Virus record (IMG/VR): IMGVR_UViG_3300007231_000044
Span: 1-24,978 of that record
Length of the DNA: 24,978 bases
Source: a virus
Lineage: Duplodnaviria > Caudoviricetes
Reading direction: 5' to 3' (one strand)
Below the pieces are notes generated by a model, which ran no database searches, had not been told where the DNA came from, and worked only from the letters and a program-made list of their open reading frames with translations. Made by a program: the position numbers and the translations under genes. Below, piece after piece: positions 7,120 through 16,792 of this stretch; the stretch's first letter is position 1; each line of letters begins with the position of its first letter.

Positions 7120-8650
7120 ATACTTTGGGCCTCCTGGAACAGGAAAGACTACAACTCTTATGAACATTATAGAGAAGAGTCTTGATGAAGGCGTTGCACC
7201 TGAGAGGATAGCGTTTATATCTTTTTCTGTAAAAGCAGCTGAGGAAGGAAAGAACAGAGCGAATATACGATTGGGTCTGGGCTTTGATGAGATGCCTTAC
7301 TTCTGTACGAGCCATGCTTTCTGCAAAAGAATTATGGGTATATCACAAGTCATGGGTGGTAGAGATGTATTTGATTTCTTAGAAGATTATGAGTTTAACC
7401 TTACTAAGAAGTATGGAACAAATGCGAGAGGCCTGAGGTCCGTGGTCCAAGATCCCTACTTCGATATCATAGAACGTGCGAAGGCTAACTGTTGCACATT
7501 AAAAGAAGAGCGATTGTCTTTAGAGAAAGAACAACGTAAAGGAGTTGTAGTCCACATGCTAGAACCTATAGCAGAAGCTTGGGAGTCGTTTAGACTTTCT
7601 AGAGTACCTGTTGTCTATTCGTTTGCTGACATGATAAACAAATTCCTAGACGATGGTACGGCTCCTGAATTAGATCTATTAATTGTTGATGAAGCTCAAG
7701 ACTTAGCAGAACTAAACTGGAGGCTTGTAGAAAAGTTAGCTTTGAATGCTAAAAAGACTTACATAGCTGGAGACGATGATCAGGCTATTTACGAATGGAA
7801 TGGAGCAAAGCCACAGCGTTTTGTAAATTACGTAGGCGAAAGCATTGTGTTAGATCAGTCCTATCGTATACCTGGCAAAGTACATCCTATAGCTGAGCGT
7901 ATATCTAAGCGCATAATTTCTAGAGAACCTAAGACTTATAAACCTAGAGAAGAATCAGGCACAGTCAGTAAGGTCAGTTCAGTAGAACTATTGCCTTTGC
8001 GGGAGGGTAACTGGCTCGTGCTTGCTTCTTGTGACTATATGTTGACGGATGCATCTAAGGGATACAACGTCAGAAAGTATTTGATAGACAATGGTTTTGC
8101 TTTTGCTCACAACAACTTTCGTTATATACCTAGAAAGATGAGCATGGCTATACAGATTTGGGAGAGACTAAACAATAAAGAAGAGATCACGTTATCAGAG
8201 CTTGATGATCTTTATGGGTATTTAGGTAAGACAGGAGTGAAGAGAGGATTCATCACACAGGTTTCACAGGCTCCGAACCAAGGGCAGTCGTTATCACTGC
8301 AACAGATTATAGATAACTATGGACTCAAACCAGAATGTCTTGGCCAAGAATGGCAGACTGTGTTTGATAAAACGATAGACGTAGAAAGAAGAAGTTTTAT
8401 AGAGAAAGCATTAAAGAACAAAGAAGATTTATTAGGAGAACCACGCATTGTCATTTCGACTATACATCAGGCAAAAGGTGGAGAAGCGGAGAACGTAGCT
8501 GTGTACTTAGACTTATCTAAATCACAGAAGCGGACTTCTATGTTACAACCCGATGGGCTACACAGACAGTTCTATGTTGCGATTACACGTACAATAGAAA
8601 ACCTATATCTGATACAGGCCCAAGATGATTATTACAGGTACGTTATATGA
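7103..8650 (+). CDS. UvrD/Rep-like SF1 helicase
   Basis: Likely start at ATG 7103. Motifs GPPGTGKTT, IVDEAQD, AGDDDQAIYEWNGA, LDQSYR, STIHQAKGGE and FYVAITR. Confidence 0.93.
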   Translation: MTNVTKYFGPPGTGKTTTLMNIIEKSLDEGVAPERIAFISFSVKAAEEGKNRANIRLGLGFDEMPYFCTSHAFCKRIMGISQVMGGRDVFDFLEDYEFNLTKKYGTNARGLRSVVQDPYFDIIERAKANCCTLKEERLSLEKEQRKGVVVHMLEPIAEAWESFRLSRVPVVYSFADMINKFLDDGTAPELDLLIVDEAQDLAELNWRLVEKLALNAKKTYIAGDDDQAIYEWNGAKPQRFVNYVGESIVLDQSYRIPGKVHPIAERISKRIISREPKTYKPREESGTVSKVSSVELLPLREGNWLVLASCDYMLTDASKGYNVRKYLIDNGFAFAHNNFRYIPRKMSMAIQIWERLNNKEEITLSELDDLYGYLGKTGVKRGFITQVSQAPNQGQSLSLQQIIDNYGLKPECLGQEWQTVFDKTIDVERRSFIEKALKNKEDLLGEPRIVISTIHQAKGGEAENVAVYLDLSKSQKRTSMLQPDGLHRQFYVAITRTIENLYLIQAQDDYYRYVI

Positions 8651-10515
8651 GTTTTGTTTACAAGCCCCCAACGGAGTGGATACCACCCGATAGTTTTCCA
8701 ACAGAGAAATTATGTCAGGCAACAGAGATTGCCATTGACCTTGAGACTAGAGATCCAAGTTTAAAAGAACTAGGACCAGGTTACATTAGAGGTGATGGCG
8801 AGGTCGTCGGTATTTCTTTTGCAATAGACGGTTACGAAGATTACTTTCCGTTTGCACATGAGCAAGGATTTAACTTTTCTAAAAAGAAAGTTATAGAGTT
8901 TACTAAAAAGATCTGCGCTACAGATAGTGACAAGATATTTCACAACTCTAGTTATGATGTTGGTTGGTTGACACGAGAAGGTGTGCCTATCAATGGCAGG
9001 ATTATCGATACGATGGTCGTTGCTCCTTTGATTGACGAGAACCAATACTGGTATTCATTGAATGCATTGGGTCGCGAATACATAAATGAAGGCAAGACTG
9101 AGGGAGAGCTAAATGCTGCTGCGGAGGAGTGGGGACTGGATCCTAAGGCTGAGATGTGGCGGTTACCGTCAGCTTATGTGGGTACTTATGCAACACAGGA
9201 CGCCGCCCTCACGCTTAAATTATGGAATCACTTTAAGATTTTATTAGAAGAACAAAACCTATGGAACGTGTTTGATTTAGAAATGCGAGTGCTTCCTGTC
9301 ATTCTTGCGATGAAACAAAAGGGTGTTCGTGTTGATACAGACAGAGCTCAGTCATTAAAGAAGCAGCTCATTAAAAGAGAGAAAGATATCGTTCAACAAA
9401 TTAAGGATGAGTCAGGTGTTCCAGAACTACAACTGTGGGCAGCCAACTCATTAGCAAAAGTATTTGATGCAATGAACCTTACGTATCTTAGGACACCAAC
9501 AGGAATGCCTAGTTTTACAAAAGCTTTCCTGGAGAACCACTCTCATCCTATAGCTAATTTGATACGCGAAGCTAGAGAAGTAAACAAGACACACAGCACG
9601 TTTATTGATTCCATACTAAAACATGCACATAACGGAAGGATACATGCAGAGATACGTCAGCTCAAAGGTGAGTCAGGCGGTACAGTCACAGGTCGGTTGT
9701 CCATGAGCAATCCGAACTTACAACAAGTGCCTGCACGTAATAAAGAGATTGGCCCTTTGATTAGATCTTTGTTCTTACCAGAAGAAGGAGAGCTGTGGTG
9801 CTCTGCTGACTTCTCACAACAAGAACCTAGAATACTGACACACTATGCTAGTAGATCTAAGTACGACGGAGCAGATGCTATTGCTGAGGCGTACCATGCT
9901 GGTGATGCAGACTTTCATCAAGAGGTAGCTAACTTGGTAGATATTGACAGGAAGACAGCAAAGACAATAGGACTTGGCATCATGTATGGCATGGGCAAAG
10001 GTAAGTTAGCAGATCAGCTAGGCGTTACTGTAGACGAGGCATCAGAGATCTTAGCTAAGTTTAATACCTATGCACCGTTTGTCAGGCAGTTAGCTGACTC
10101 GGTTATGCGTAGTGCAAACTCAAAAGGTTACATCAAAACGATACTAGGGAGGCGCTGTCACTTTGATATGTGGGAGCCTTTGAAGTATGGAACAGGTAGA
10201 CCGATGAAACACAAAGAAGCCGTGCATGAATATAACGGCGAGATCAAAAGAGCGTTTGTCTACAAAGCGTTAAATAAACTAATTCAAGGTTCAGCAGCAG
10301 ATATGACTAAGCAGGCCATGGTCCATTGTTATGAGGCGGGTTACCTTCCGCTTTTGCAAGTCCATGACGAGCTGGTGTTCTCTATAAAGTCTGACGAAGA
10401 TGTAGAAAACATCTGTCGTTTAATGGAGGAAGCTGTAGCTTTGGATGTCCCAAACAAAGTTGATGCTGAGATTGGAAAGAATTGGGGCGACTCAATGGAA
10501 GCTAAGAATAATTGA
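8647..10515 (+). CDS. polA: Family A DNA polymerase with 3'-5' exonuclease domain (no 5'-3' exonuclease)
   Basis: ExoI IDLET, ExoII HNSSYD, ExoIII YATQD; TGRLSMSNPNLQQVP; motif A DFSQQEPR; motif B RKTAKTIGLGIMYG; motif C QVHDEL. Confidence 0.96.
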   Translation: MSFVYKPPTEWIPPDSFPTEKLCQATEIAIDLETRDPSLKELGPGYIRGDGEVVGISFAIDGYEDYFPFAHEQGFNFSKKKVIEFTKKICATDSDKIFHNSSYDVGWLTREGVPINGRIIDTMVVAPLIDENQYWYSLNALGREYINEGKTEGELNAAAEEWGLDPKAEMWRLPSAYVGTYATQDAALTLKLWNHFKILLEEQNLWNVFDLEMRVLPVILAMKQKGVRVDTDRAQSLKKQLIKREKDIVQQIKDESGVPELQLWAANSLAKVFDAMNLTYLRTPTGMPSFTKAFLENHSHPIANLIREAREVNKTHSTFIDSILKHAHNGRIHAEIRQLKGESGGTVTGRLSMSNPNLQQVPARNKEIGPLIRSLFLPEEGELWCSADFSQQEPRILTHYASRSKYDGADAIAEAYHAGDADFHQEVANLVDIDRKTAKTIGLGIMYGMGKGKLADQLGVTVDEASEILAKFNTYAPFVRQLADSVMRSANSKGYIKTILGRRCHFDMWEPLKYGTGRPMKHKEAVHEYNGEIKRAFVYKALNKLIQGSAADMTKQAMVHCYEAGYLPLLQVHDELVFSIKSDEDVENICRLMEEAVALDVPNKVDAEIGKNWGDSMEAKNN

Positions 10516-10542
10516 GATATATCTTAGATTGTAATGTATAAT
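10512..10542 (+). promoter_or_regulatory. Possible promoter/operator upstream of the RHH-like gene
   Basis: TATAAT at 10537-10542, TTGAGA at 10512-10517 (19-nt spacing, suboptimal), and the palindrome AGATATATCT at 10515-10524. Confidence 0.4.
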
Positions 10543-10561
10543 GTTATCTACAGGAGTAAAA

Positions 10562-10732
10562 ATGGATACAACTAAATGGAAAAGCGTAGCGATACGTAAA
10601 GAGATTGTGGAAGCGGCTGCTATTATCGGTGAAAAAACTGAAAGGCCCACCAGTAATGTGTTTGCGTATGCGGTAAAAAGATTACAAGATGATCTTGAAA
10701 GCGGACGCTTGAACGACGTACCTAAGGTTTAA
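10562..10732 (+). CDS. Small ribbon-helix-helix-like DNA-binding protein
   Basis: Start moved to ATG 10562 (AGGAG at 10552-10556). An alternating beta strand KWKSVAI is followed by two predicted helices (KEIVEAAAIIGEKT, TSNVFAYAVKRL). Confidence 0.55.
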   Translation: MDTTKWKSVAIRKEIVEAAAIIGEKTERPTSNVFAYAVKRLQDDLESGRLNDVPKV

Positions 10733-10734
10733 TC

Positions 10735-11451
10735 ATGAAACATGAAATACTGTACGAGTCTCCGTACGAGTACGGTGTGTTCTCCAGCGAAGATAGACGC
10801 AGCGGTCGGTTCTACGACTGCAACGGAGTAAAGCTCCCGTCTGTTACTACTATATTATCTGGCACTAAAGAAGGTGACTTCTTGAAGAAGTGGATAGATA
10901 AAGTAGGTGAGGAAGAAGCTGAGCGTATCAGAACAGAAGCTGCAACTAGGGGATCGTACATGCACGACATCCTGGAGAAGCAGCTAGTTAACGGTGGCAT
11001 CTGGGATTTTGTACCTAGAAACGCAGAAGAGAAACGTGCTTACAAAATGGCTTGTACTATCATGGACCAAGGGCTACCTAACGTATCACAAGTGTATGGT
11101 TGTGAGATATCTTTGTACTACCCTGATCGCTATGCAGGTAAAGCTGACGTGATTGGTGTACACAATGATGATCTGTCTATCATGGACTTTAAACAAACCA
11201 ACAAACCTAAACGCAGACAATGGGTGTGGGACTACTTCCAACAGTTAGCTGCTTACGCACTTGCACACAACGAGCTGTACGGCACAGACATACAGAAAGG
11301 TGTAATCATGATGTGTTCTGTAGACTGCCTATACCAGGAGTTTATTCTTGAAGGTGACGAGTTTAAGAAAGCTGCCGAAGCTTGGATGGAACGCGTAGAA
11401 AAGTTTAGTCTTCCAGATCTAGAATCCCAAGATTCTCTTCAAGATTCCTAG
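10735..11451 (+). CDS. PD-(D/E)XK exonuclease (lambda-exo/RecB/MGME1-like)
   Basis: LPSVTTILS, RGSYMH, E..LY, YAGKAD, IMDFKQT and QLAAY motifs. Confidence 0.88.
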   Translation: MKHEILYESPYEYGVFSSEDRRSGRFYDCNGVKLPSVTTILSGTKEGDFLKKWIDKVGEEEAERIRTEAATRGSYMHDILEKQLVNGGIWDFVPRNAEEKRAYKMACTIMDQGLPNVSQVYGCEISLYYPDRYAGKADVIGVHNDDLSIMDFKQTNKPKRRQWVWDYFQQLAAYALAHNELYGTDIQKGVIMMCSVDCLYQEFILEGDEFKKAAEAWMERVEKFSLPDLESQDSLQDS

Positions 11452-14400
11452 ATAACTCTGGGTTTCCTGTAAGAGAAACTTTTTGTCTTTCAATCAGATC
11501 GTACTTACGATCAAGTTCTGATTCAGGCCATCTTCTAGAAAGTCTAAAGTCTTCTGCTTTTTTCTCAAAGTTTTTAACTGTACTTTTTGGAACAGGCCAA
11601 GCAGTAAAGATACCTCTTTCAATATTATCGTAAAAGTCTTTTCCTGCTCCTGTCCTTTGCACAAAACTTTTTAGTCTATCTTCGTATACGTCTTGGTTTA
11701 CATCCCATGTTTTTAAAGCTTGCAGCTCAAAATATAAACCTTGTTGTATTTGGAACCAAGAACGTTGTGCATCTTCCCAATCCTTTATAACATCTTCTTC
11801 GGTTAACTGTTCAGCTGATGCGTATTCTCGGTTTAAGTTTTGTTTAGTATATTGATTAAATTCTTTTACTCTATTAGATATAATAAAAGGCATTGATACA
11901 TCAGGGTTTACTTCTGAATTTGAGAATCCCATTAATTTTGCTGCAGCTCTTACAAATGGCATAGTTTTACCATAACGATTTAAAGCTGCATCTCCCTCTT
12001 GCAAAGACCATATTACATCATTAACTTGCCTATAAGCTCCAGGTCCAGCTTTGTTAAACGCATACTCTAACCCTGTAGTAAATTGATCTGAAAAATCATC
12101 TTGTTCGTTCCAAATAGGTTTTATATTTAAAGGATTATCATCGTTTTGGTTGTTTATTAAATCTAAAGCTAACTTAGCAGAAATACTTTCTTGCATGTAC
12201 GTTTCGGTGTACTCAGCAATAAATTGACCCATAGCTTTTCTTATAGCTGCTGGGTCTCCTTTGCCACGAGTTTCTCTTAAAGTGCCTCCTATAACGTTAT
12301 AGAATTTACCTATTGCTTCGTAAGGGAAAAAATAATTTGTGTTTAAGTAAGGAGTTTCTTTTCCTTTTGGACCCAACCAAATTATTCTATCTCTATCTTG
12401 ATAAGGTGCTATAAGCTCATTCGCAGCATAAGTATCATCATCGTCTACATTAAAGATTGTCTGACTTGCTTTAGCTAACGCTGCAACTAATCCATGTGTT
12501 GCTACGTATCCACCAATTGCTCGTTCTTGAGCACGTTGTAAAAATGGATTAGATGGCAGCTCTATGCCTTGAGCAGCAGCTATAGCTTGTATTTCTGGAT
12601 TAGGTGAGTAAGTTCCCATTCTGTAAACTAATTGAGCAGAGTTAGCAGTCGTTCTAGCTATTTCTGTAGGGAAAGCTATAAAGTTACCAATTGGGAGATT
12701 TGCGTAATACTCTCTAAATTTACCTACATAATCATAGTTAGGCATAGTATTTCTAACCATGTAAGCTGATACATGATCTATGTATTTATCTAAGTCCGTA
12801 ACATTTCTTAAAACTGTTCCTTGGTCTTGAACATAGTTAGAAAGTTTTTCTGTAATACCACTTTTTGTTTTTAAACTTTTAGAAAAGTCTCTTAGCACTC
12901 TAAGTTTTAAATCGTCAGAACCTCCTATGTTATCTACCATATCTTTAAATTTTCGTCTTTCAGATAAGAACGCAAGTATTTTAAAGAAATCATCTGATGC
13001 AGCATACGCTCGTCTAGCTCCTCTATTTAAACTTAACACGTAATTATCAAATGCTTTACCTGGACCTGTTTGGCCTAAGCCATATAAAAGATTACTTATT
13101 TGTTCAATAGATTTAAAATTTGTAGGAGAGTTTGCTACACGAGTAAATACACCTAAAGCATCGTTCGCCCTAACTTCTGTGTTAACAATTCCAAGTTGTT
13201 GCATGTATCCCCAAGCTGAATTGTATTCATCAACGTTACCTGAAATTTCTCCTGTTTCAGGGTTGTATTGCACATTGCCGAATAAATCATTACCAATTAA
13301 CTGTATTGCGTTTTGTATTTCACCTTCTTTACCAAACATTCCTCTAAAATGTCCGTTGAAACCATACATAATTCCAGCTCCATACAGGTTTCTCATTTGT
13401 GTACCAGGACTCAATACAATAATTCCGTATTGAGTTATAGCTTTTGCTGTGCCAAACGTATTTGCAAGGGCGTTAAGGATTGCGTCTTCTCCTCTTATAG
13501 TTCCCCCTGACAAAGCTTCAGCCATAGTTTTTGTAGTGTAAAATCCTTCTAAAGGATTAAACTCATCTCCTGTTTCTATCTTAATAGGGTATTCTTTGGT
13601 AGCCACTGGAGAAAACCATTGCTCTCCTGGTAATTCACTAAGTCTTTTAACCTCTTGAAAAAACGTAGCATTCTCTACAGTTCTAGCCATTCGTGCAAAA
13701 GAAGTTGCAGCAATCAGTTCAGGTTCTTTTATCTCTCCCAACAATTGTCTTACAGCGTAAGGTATTTCGCCACGTTGAGTTAACAACTTGTTGATTTTAA
13801 TATCTGCTTTTTCGCCTTTATTTTTTCCTTTTAATAAAGCAGCCATTTTTGAAACGTCTGTTGCACTTTCGTACAAAGATCTATCTATCCATTCGTTTAC
13901 TGCTTCTTCGGCTCTTTCTTTTCTTATTTCAAGAGCACGACTTTCTACTTGTTCATTAGTTGCAACTGAGCCTAACTCACGTCTTGCATCAGATCTATAA
14001 TCAGGCATTCTAGATCTAAACTTATACTCCATAGAAATTACTGCTTTATTATACAAATCTGTCATTGTCCTATTAGGCACAGTAGTTTTAGCTCCTACTT
14101 TTTCTGCAACTTTAAAAGGCAAGTTTTGTATAGATTCAACCATCATCTGGCCTTTTGGATTCCAGCCTAAATTTGGAGAAAAGAATTTATATGATCTTGT
14201 TACATAAGTGTTTAAATTATGTTCTACCACAGCGCTTAAATTTGGATCTAAACTTTCTGGAGGTATTTCTTTTAAAAGTCTTCCACTAATAGCATCAATA
14301 CCTTTTCTAATTTTAAGTGCGGGTTTTCTTAATGAATCAGGCAATTGCCTTGCAGCTACTTTAGTTGTTTGTATGTCTTGCAATTGTCCTTCTATAAATT

Positions 14401-16789
14401 CTATTTCATCGTTTATAGAATCTACTTCATTTTGCGACAATTCGTCTCGTCCCTCTACTTTTTGAGTTTCAAGATCAGCTAAGTTTTTTTCAGCTACTTT
14501 TCGTTCTTCGGCTGTAAGTTCTATACGCGCGCCTGTTTGTTGTAGAAAAGCCATAATTAATTTATCAGCTTCTGCTTTAGTTTTGATATCGCCTCGTCTA
14601 ACTGCTTCCGCTATAGCTTGCTCTACTTCTAAACCTAAGTTCTGCGCTTTTGTTTCTAGTGCTCTAATGTTTGTTATTCTTTGACGAGACCTACTGCCAA
14701 TTAACAAACCTGTAGGCATTAACGGTCTTATGTAAGAACTAAAAATCCTAGACAAAGCGTTTCCTTGAAATTGCGGTGCAGTGCCTAATGGCATTTCAAG
14801 AGAAATTAATCTTGGGCTTGAATACACACTATCTATTTGGCTGCCTTCAAAAACTTCGTCTATAGTTTTATTTGCAAAAGGACTATCTGGAGATACCTCA
14901 ACACCATCTACTTTAAATACAGAAAGCTCAGCACCACGTTTAGTTGTTTGCTCAGCTAAACTCATACCTTCTTCTATACCTTGTCTTTGAAAACCTATTG
15001 TTTTTACGCTACCGTCTGGCTGCTCAACCATCATTTCTGCTCTTAGTGCAGTTCCTTCTGGTCTTATAACATCTATGTATTGTGGTGTTAATACAAAAGG
15101 AACAGGATTACCGTCTTCATCAAACGATACTTGTGTTAAATCTATATTTCTACTTCTATTTGCTCTGTCTCGAACTTGTCTTTGTAAATCAACAACAGCT
15201 TGTTGTTCTGCTAGTTTGTTAGCTAGTTCAGATTTAGACATACGTTTAGTCATTTCTGAATTTGCAGTAGGAACAGCTTCTGCTACCGCTATTCTTAACT
15301 CTTCTATTGTATAAGTTTGTTCAATATCACTTACATAATCTCTAAACTCGTTGATACCTAATTTCCATGCAGGGCCTTGTCGTTCTCTTAACAAAATATT
15401 TGCACTCGCATTTGCTAAAGCTACACGATCTTCTTGCCTAGTTTCTGTAGTACCAGGTGTAAAACTTAATTCGCCTTGTCTGTTTGCCCATATTGAATAT
15501 GCTTCTTGTGTACCAAATTCTTCTAAAATGTAAGCGTCTAATTCTTCATCCGTCATTTGATCTAAAGTAGCTTTCTGCTCATCAAAAACTTTTTCGGGAT
15601 TATAGTTAGAAAGTACATTGTCTATCATGTAGTCTCTAATAACTTTTTCTTGGTTTTTAGCTCTTACCGCTTCTACAAGTTTATTACGTAAAGACTCTCT
15701 ACTTTCTCCTGGTATCACTACACCTAGTTCTAAATCAGGACTATTAACTATTATTTCTCTAAGTTCGTTAGCATCTAATTCATCTAAGTCTGGTGCAAGA
15801 GAATTAAGTTCTGCTTGTGTTAAGGCTTCTGTTTTTTCATCATTTACATTACGTTCTTCTTCGGTAAGTTCTTTTTGAAATTTAGTGAACTTAGGAGTAG
15901 ACATTCTTCCTGCTGTAGCAAAAATAGTTCCTTCGCCAATAGCTTCACCCATTACACTTTTTGCTAAACCTGTACTTACATCTAAGTTAGGATCAATATT
16001 ATTTTTGACCATTAAGTTTTGTGTGACTGTATCTACTCCCCCTATGCCACCTTGTAAAATAGCCTGTGTTATATAGTGCTTTAATATCGGTTGGTTTAAA
16101 CCCACCAACCCAGCAGGGACACTAGCTGCATTTATAATTGCACTTATCCCTGATTTTTTTAATGCGTACTTATCTGCTCCTGCTTCATCATCAGGATTTT
16201 TTTCGAGATACTCGTAGTAAGCGTCTCCGTAAGTTTGAGCAAAAACAACAGAACCACCGCCTACAGCTGCTGCTGCTAATGCAGCGTAAGGATTACCTGT
16301 AGCCATAAGTGTAGCTCCACCTGCCGCCCCTGCCCCTGCTAGAAAAGGAGCTGAGCCAGGTATTACTTCACCTATAGTTGCTGCCCACCATTCTGGTTCA
16401 GCTATGTTTTTAAATTGTTCTAGTCCTTCTTCGCCATACTTAGCTTCGTACGCATATTCACTAGCTTGTTGTTCGTTTATGTCGGCCCTTTGTCGTAACT
16501 CTTTAGCATAGTCGTCATGGCCTCTACCCTCTTGTGCTACAGCTCTAGTTTCTTGCCAATCTCCTATACTCGCTTGTGTACTGCCGTACAAACTGTCATA
16601 AAACCTTTCTGCAAGTAAAGCTGTTTTAGCAGCTAAAGGTAAAGGTAGTTCGTCTGCAACGTCAAAAAGAGTCTTTTGTCTTGGTTGATCGTCTTGATCT
16701 ATTTTTTCAATTTCAGAAACTTCTTCAGGAGTAATCTCTAGAAGCTCAAGTCTTGTTTTCTCTTCTTCTGTAAGTGGACGCAAAGCCAT
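11405..16789 (-). CDS. Large putative internal virion/DNA ejection protein
   Basis: 1794 aa, mostly helical, and last gene of the late module. N-terminal Gly/Ala hydrophobic segment (APFLAGAGAAGGATLMATGNPYAALAAAAVGGG). Position is analogous to podovirus core proteins. No catalytic motif recognised. Confidence 0.65.
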   Translation of the reverse strand: MALRPLTEEEKTRLELLEITPEEVSEIEKIDQDDQPRQKTLFDVADELPLPLAAKTALLAERFYDSLYGSTQASIGDWQETRAVAQEGRGHDDYAKELRQRADINEQQASEYAYEAKYGEEGLEQFKNIAEPEWWAATIGEVIPGSAPFLAGAGAAGGATLMATGNPYAALAAAAVGGGSVVFAQTYGDAYYEYLEKNPDDEAGADKYALKKSGISAIINAASVPAGLVGLNQPILKHYITQAILQGGIGGVDTVTQNLMVKNNIDPNLDVSTGLAKSVMGEAIGEGTIFATAGRMSTPKFTKFQKELTEEERNVNDEKTEALTQAELNSLAPDLDELDANELREIIVNSPDLELGVVIPGESRESLRNKLVEAVRAKNQEKVIRDYMIDNVLSNYNPEKVFDEQKATLDQMTDEELDAYILEEFGTQEAYSIWANRQGELSFTPGTTETRQEDRVALANASANILLRERQGPAWKLGINEFRDYVSDIEQTYTIEELRIAVAEAVPTANSEMTKRMSKSELANKLAEQQAVVDLQRQVRDRANRSRNIDLTQVSFDEDGNPVPFVLTPQYIDVIRPEGTALRAEMMVEQPDGSVKTIGFQRQGIEEGMSLAEQTTKRGAELSVFKVDGVEVSPDSPFANKTIDEVFEGSQIDSVYSSPRLISLEMPLGTAPQFQGNALSRIFSSYIRPLMPTGLLIGSRSRQRITNIRALETKAQNLGLEVEQAIAEAVRRGDIKTKAEADKLIMAFLQQTGARIELTAEERKVAEKNLADLETQKVEGRDELSQNEVDSINDEIEFIEGQLQDIQTTKVAARQLPDSLRKPALKIRKGIDAISGRLLKEIPPESLDPNLSAVVEHNLNTYVTRSYKFFSPNLGWNPKGQMMVESIQNLPFKVAEKVGAKTTVPNRTMTDLYNKAVISMEYKFRSRMPDYRSDARRELGSVATNEQVESRALEIRKERAEEAVNEWIDRSLYESATDVSKMAALLKGKNKGEKADIKINKLLTQRGEIPYAVRQLLGEIKEPELIAATSFARMARTVENATFFQEVKRLSELPGEQWFSPVATKEYPIKIETGDEFNPLEGFYTTKTMAEALSGGTIRGEDAILNALANTFGTAKAITQYGIIVLSPGTQMRNLYGAGIMYGFNGHFRGMFGKEGEIQNAIQLIGNDLFGNVQYNPETGEISGNVDEYNSAWGYMQQLGIVNTEVRANDALGVFTRVANSPTNFKSIEQISNLLYGLGQTGPGKAFDNYVLSLNRGARRAYAASDDFFKILAFLSERRKFKDMVDNIGGSDDLKLRVLRDFSKSLKTKSGITEKLSNYVQDQGTVLRNVTDLDKYIDHVSAYMVRNTMPNYDYVGKFREYYANLPIGNFIAFPTEIARTTANSAQLVYRMGTYSPNPEIQAIAAAQGIELPSNPFLQRAQERAIGGYVATHGLVAALAKASQTIFNVDDDDTYAANELIAPYQDRDRIIWLGPKGKETPYLNTNYFFPYEAIGKFYNVIGGTLRETRGKGDPAAIRKAMGQFIAEYTETYMQESISAKLALDLINNQNDDNPLNIKPIWNEQDDFSDQFTTGLEYAFNKAGPGAYRQVNDVIWSLQEGDAALNRYGKTMPFVRAAAKLMGFSNSEVNPDVSMPFIISNRVKEFNQYTKQNLNREYASAEQLTEEDVIKDWEDAQRSWFQIQQGLYFELQALKTWDVNQDVYEDRLKSFVQRTGAGKDFYDNIERGIFTAWPVPKSTVKNFEKKAEDFRLSRRWPESELDRKYDLIERQKVSLTGNPELSRNLEENLGILDLED

Positions 16790-16792
16790 AAC

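Noticed and set aside
8647-9300. HMO-2011-type PolA with a DnaJ zinc-finger insertion
   Set aside because: There are no CxxCxGxG repeats in the polymerase.
10735-11451. Possible Cas4 or CRISPR-associated nuclease
   Set aside because: It lacks the four-cysteine Fe-S arrangement of Cas4, and no repeat-spacer array was seen. It is better explained as a generic phage PD-(D/E)XK exonuclease.
11418-11452. Imperfect inverted repeat TCTAGAATC...GATTCCTAGA as a bidirectional terminator
   Set aside because: The stem is short, bulged and AT-rich, the loop is long, and there is no U tract.
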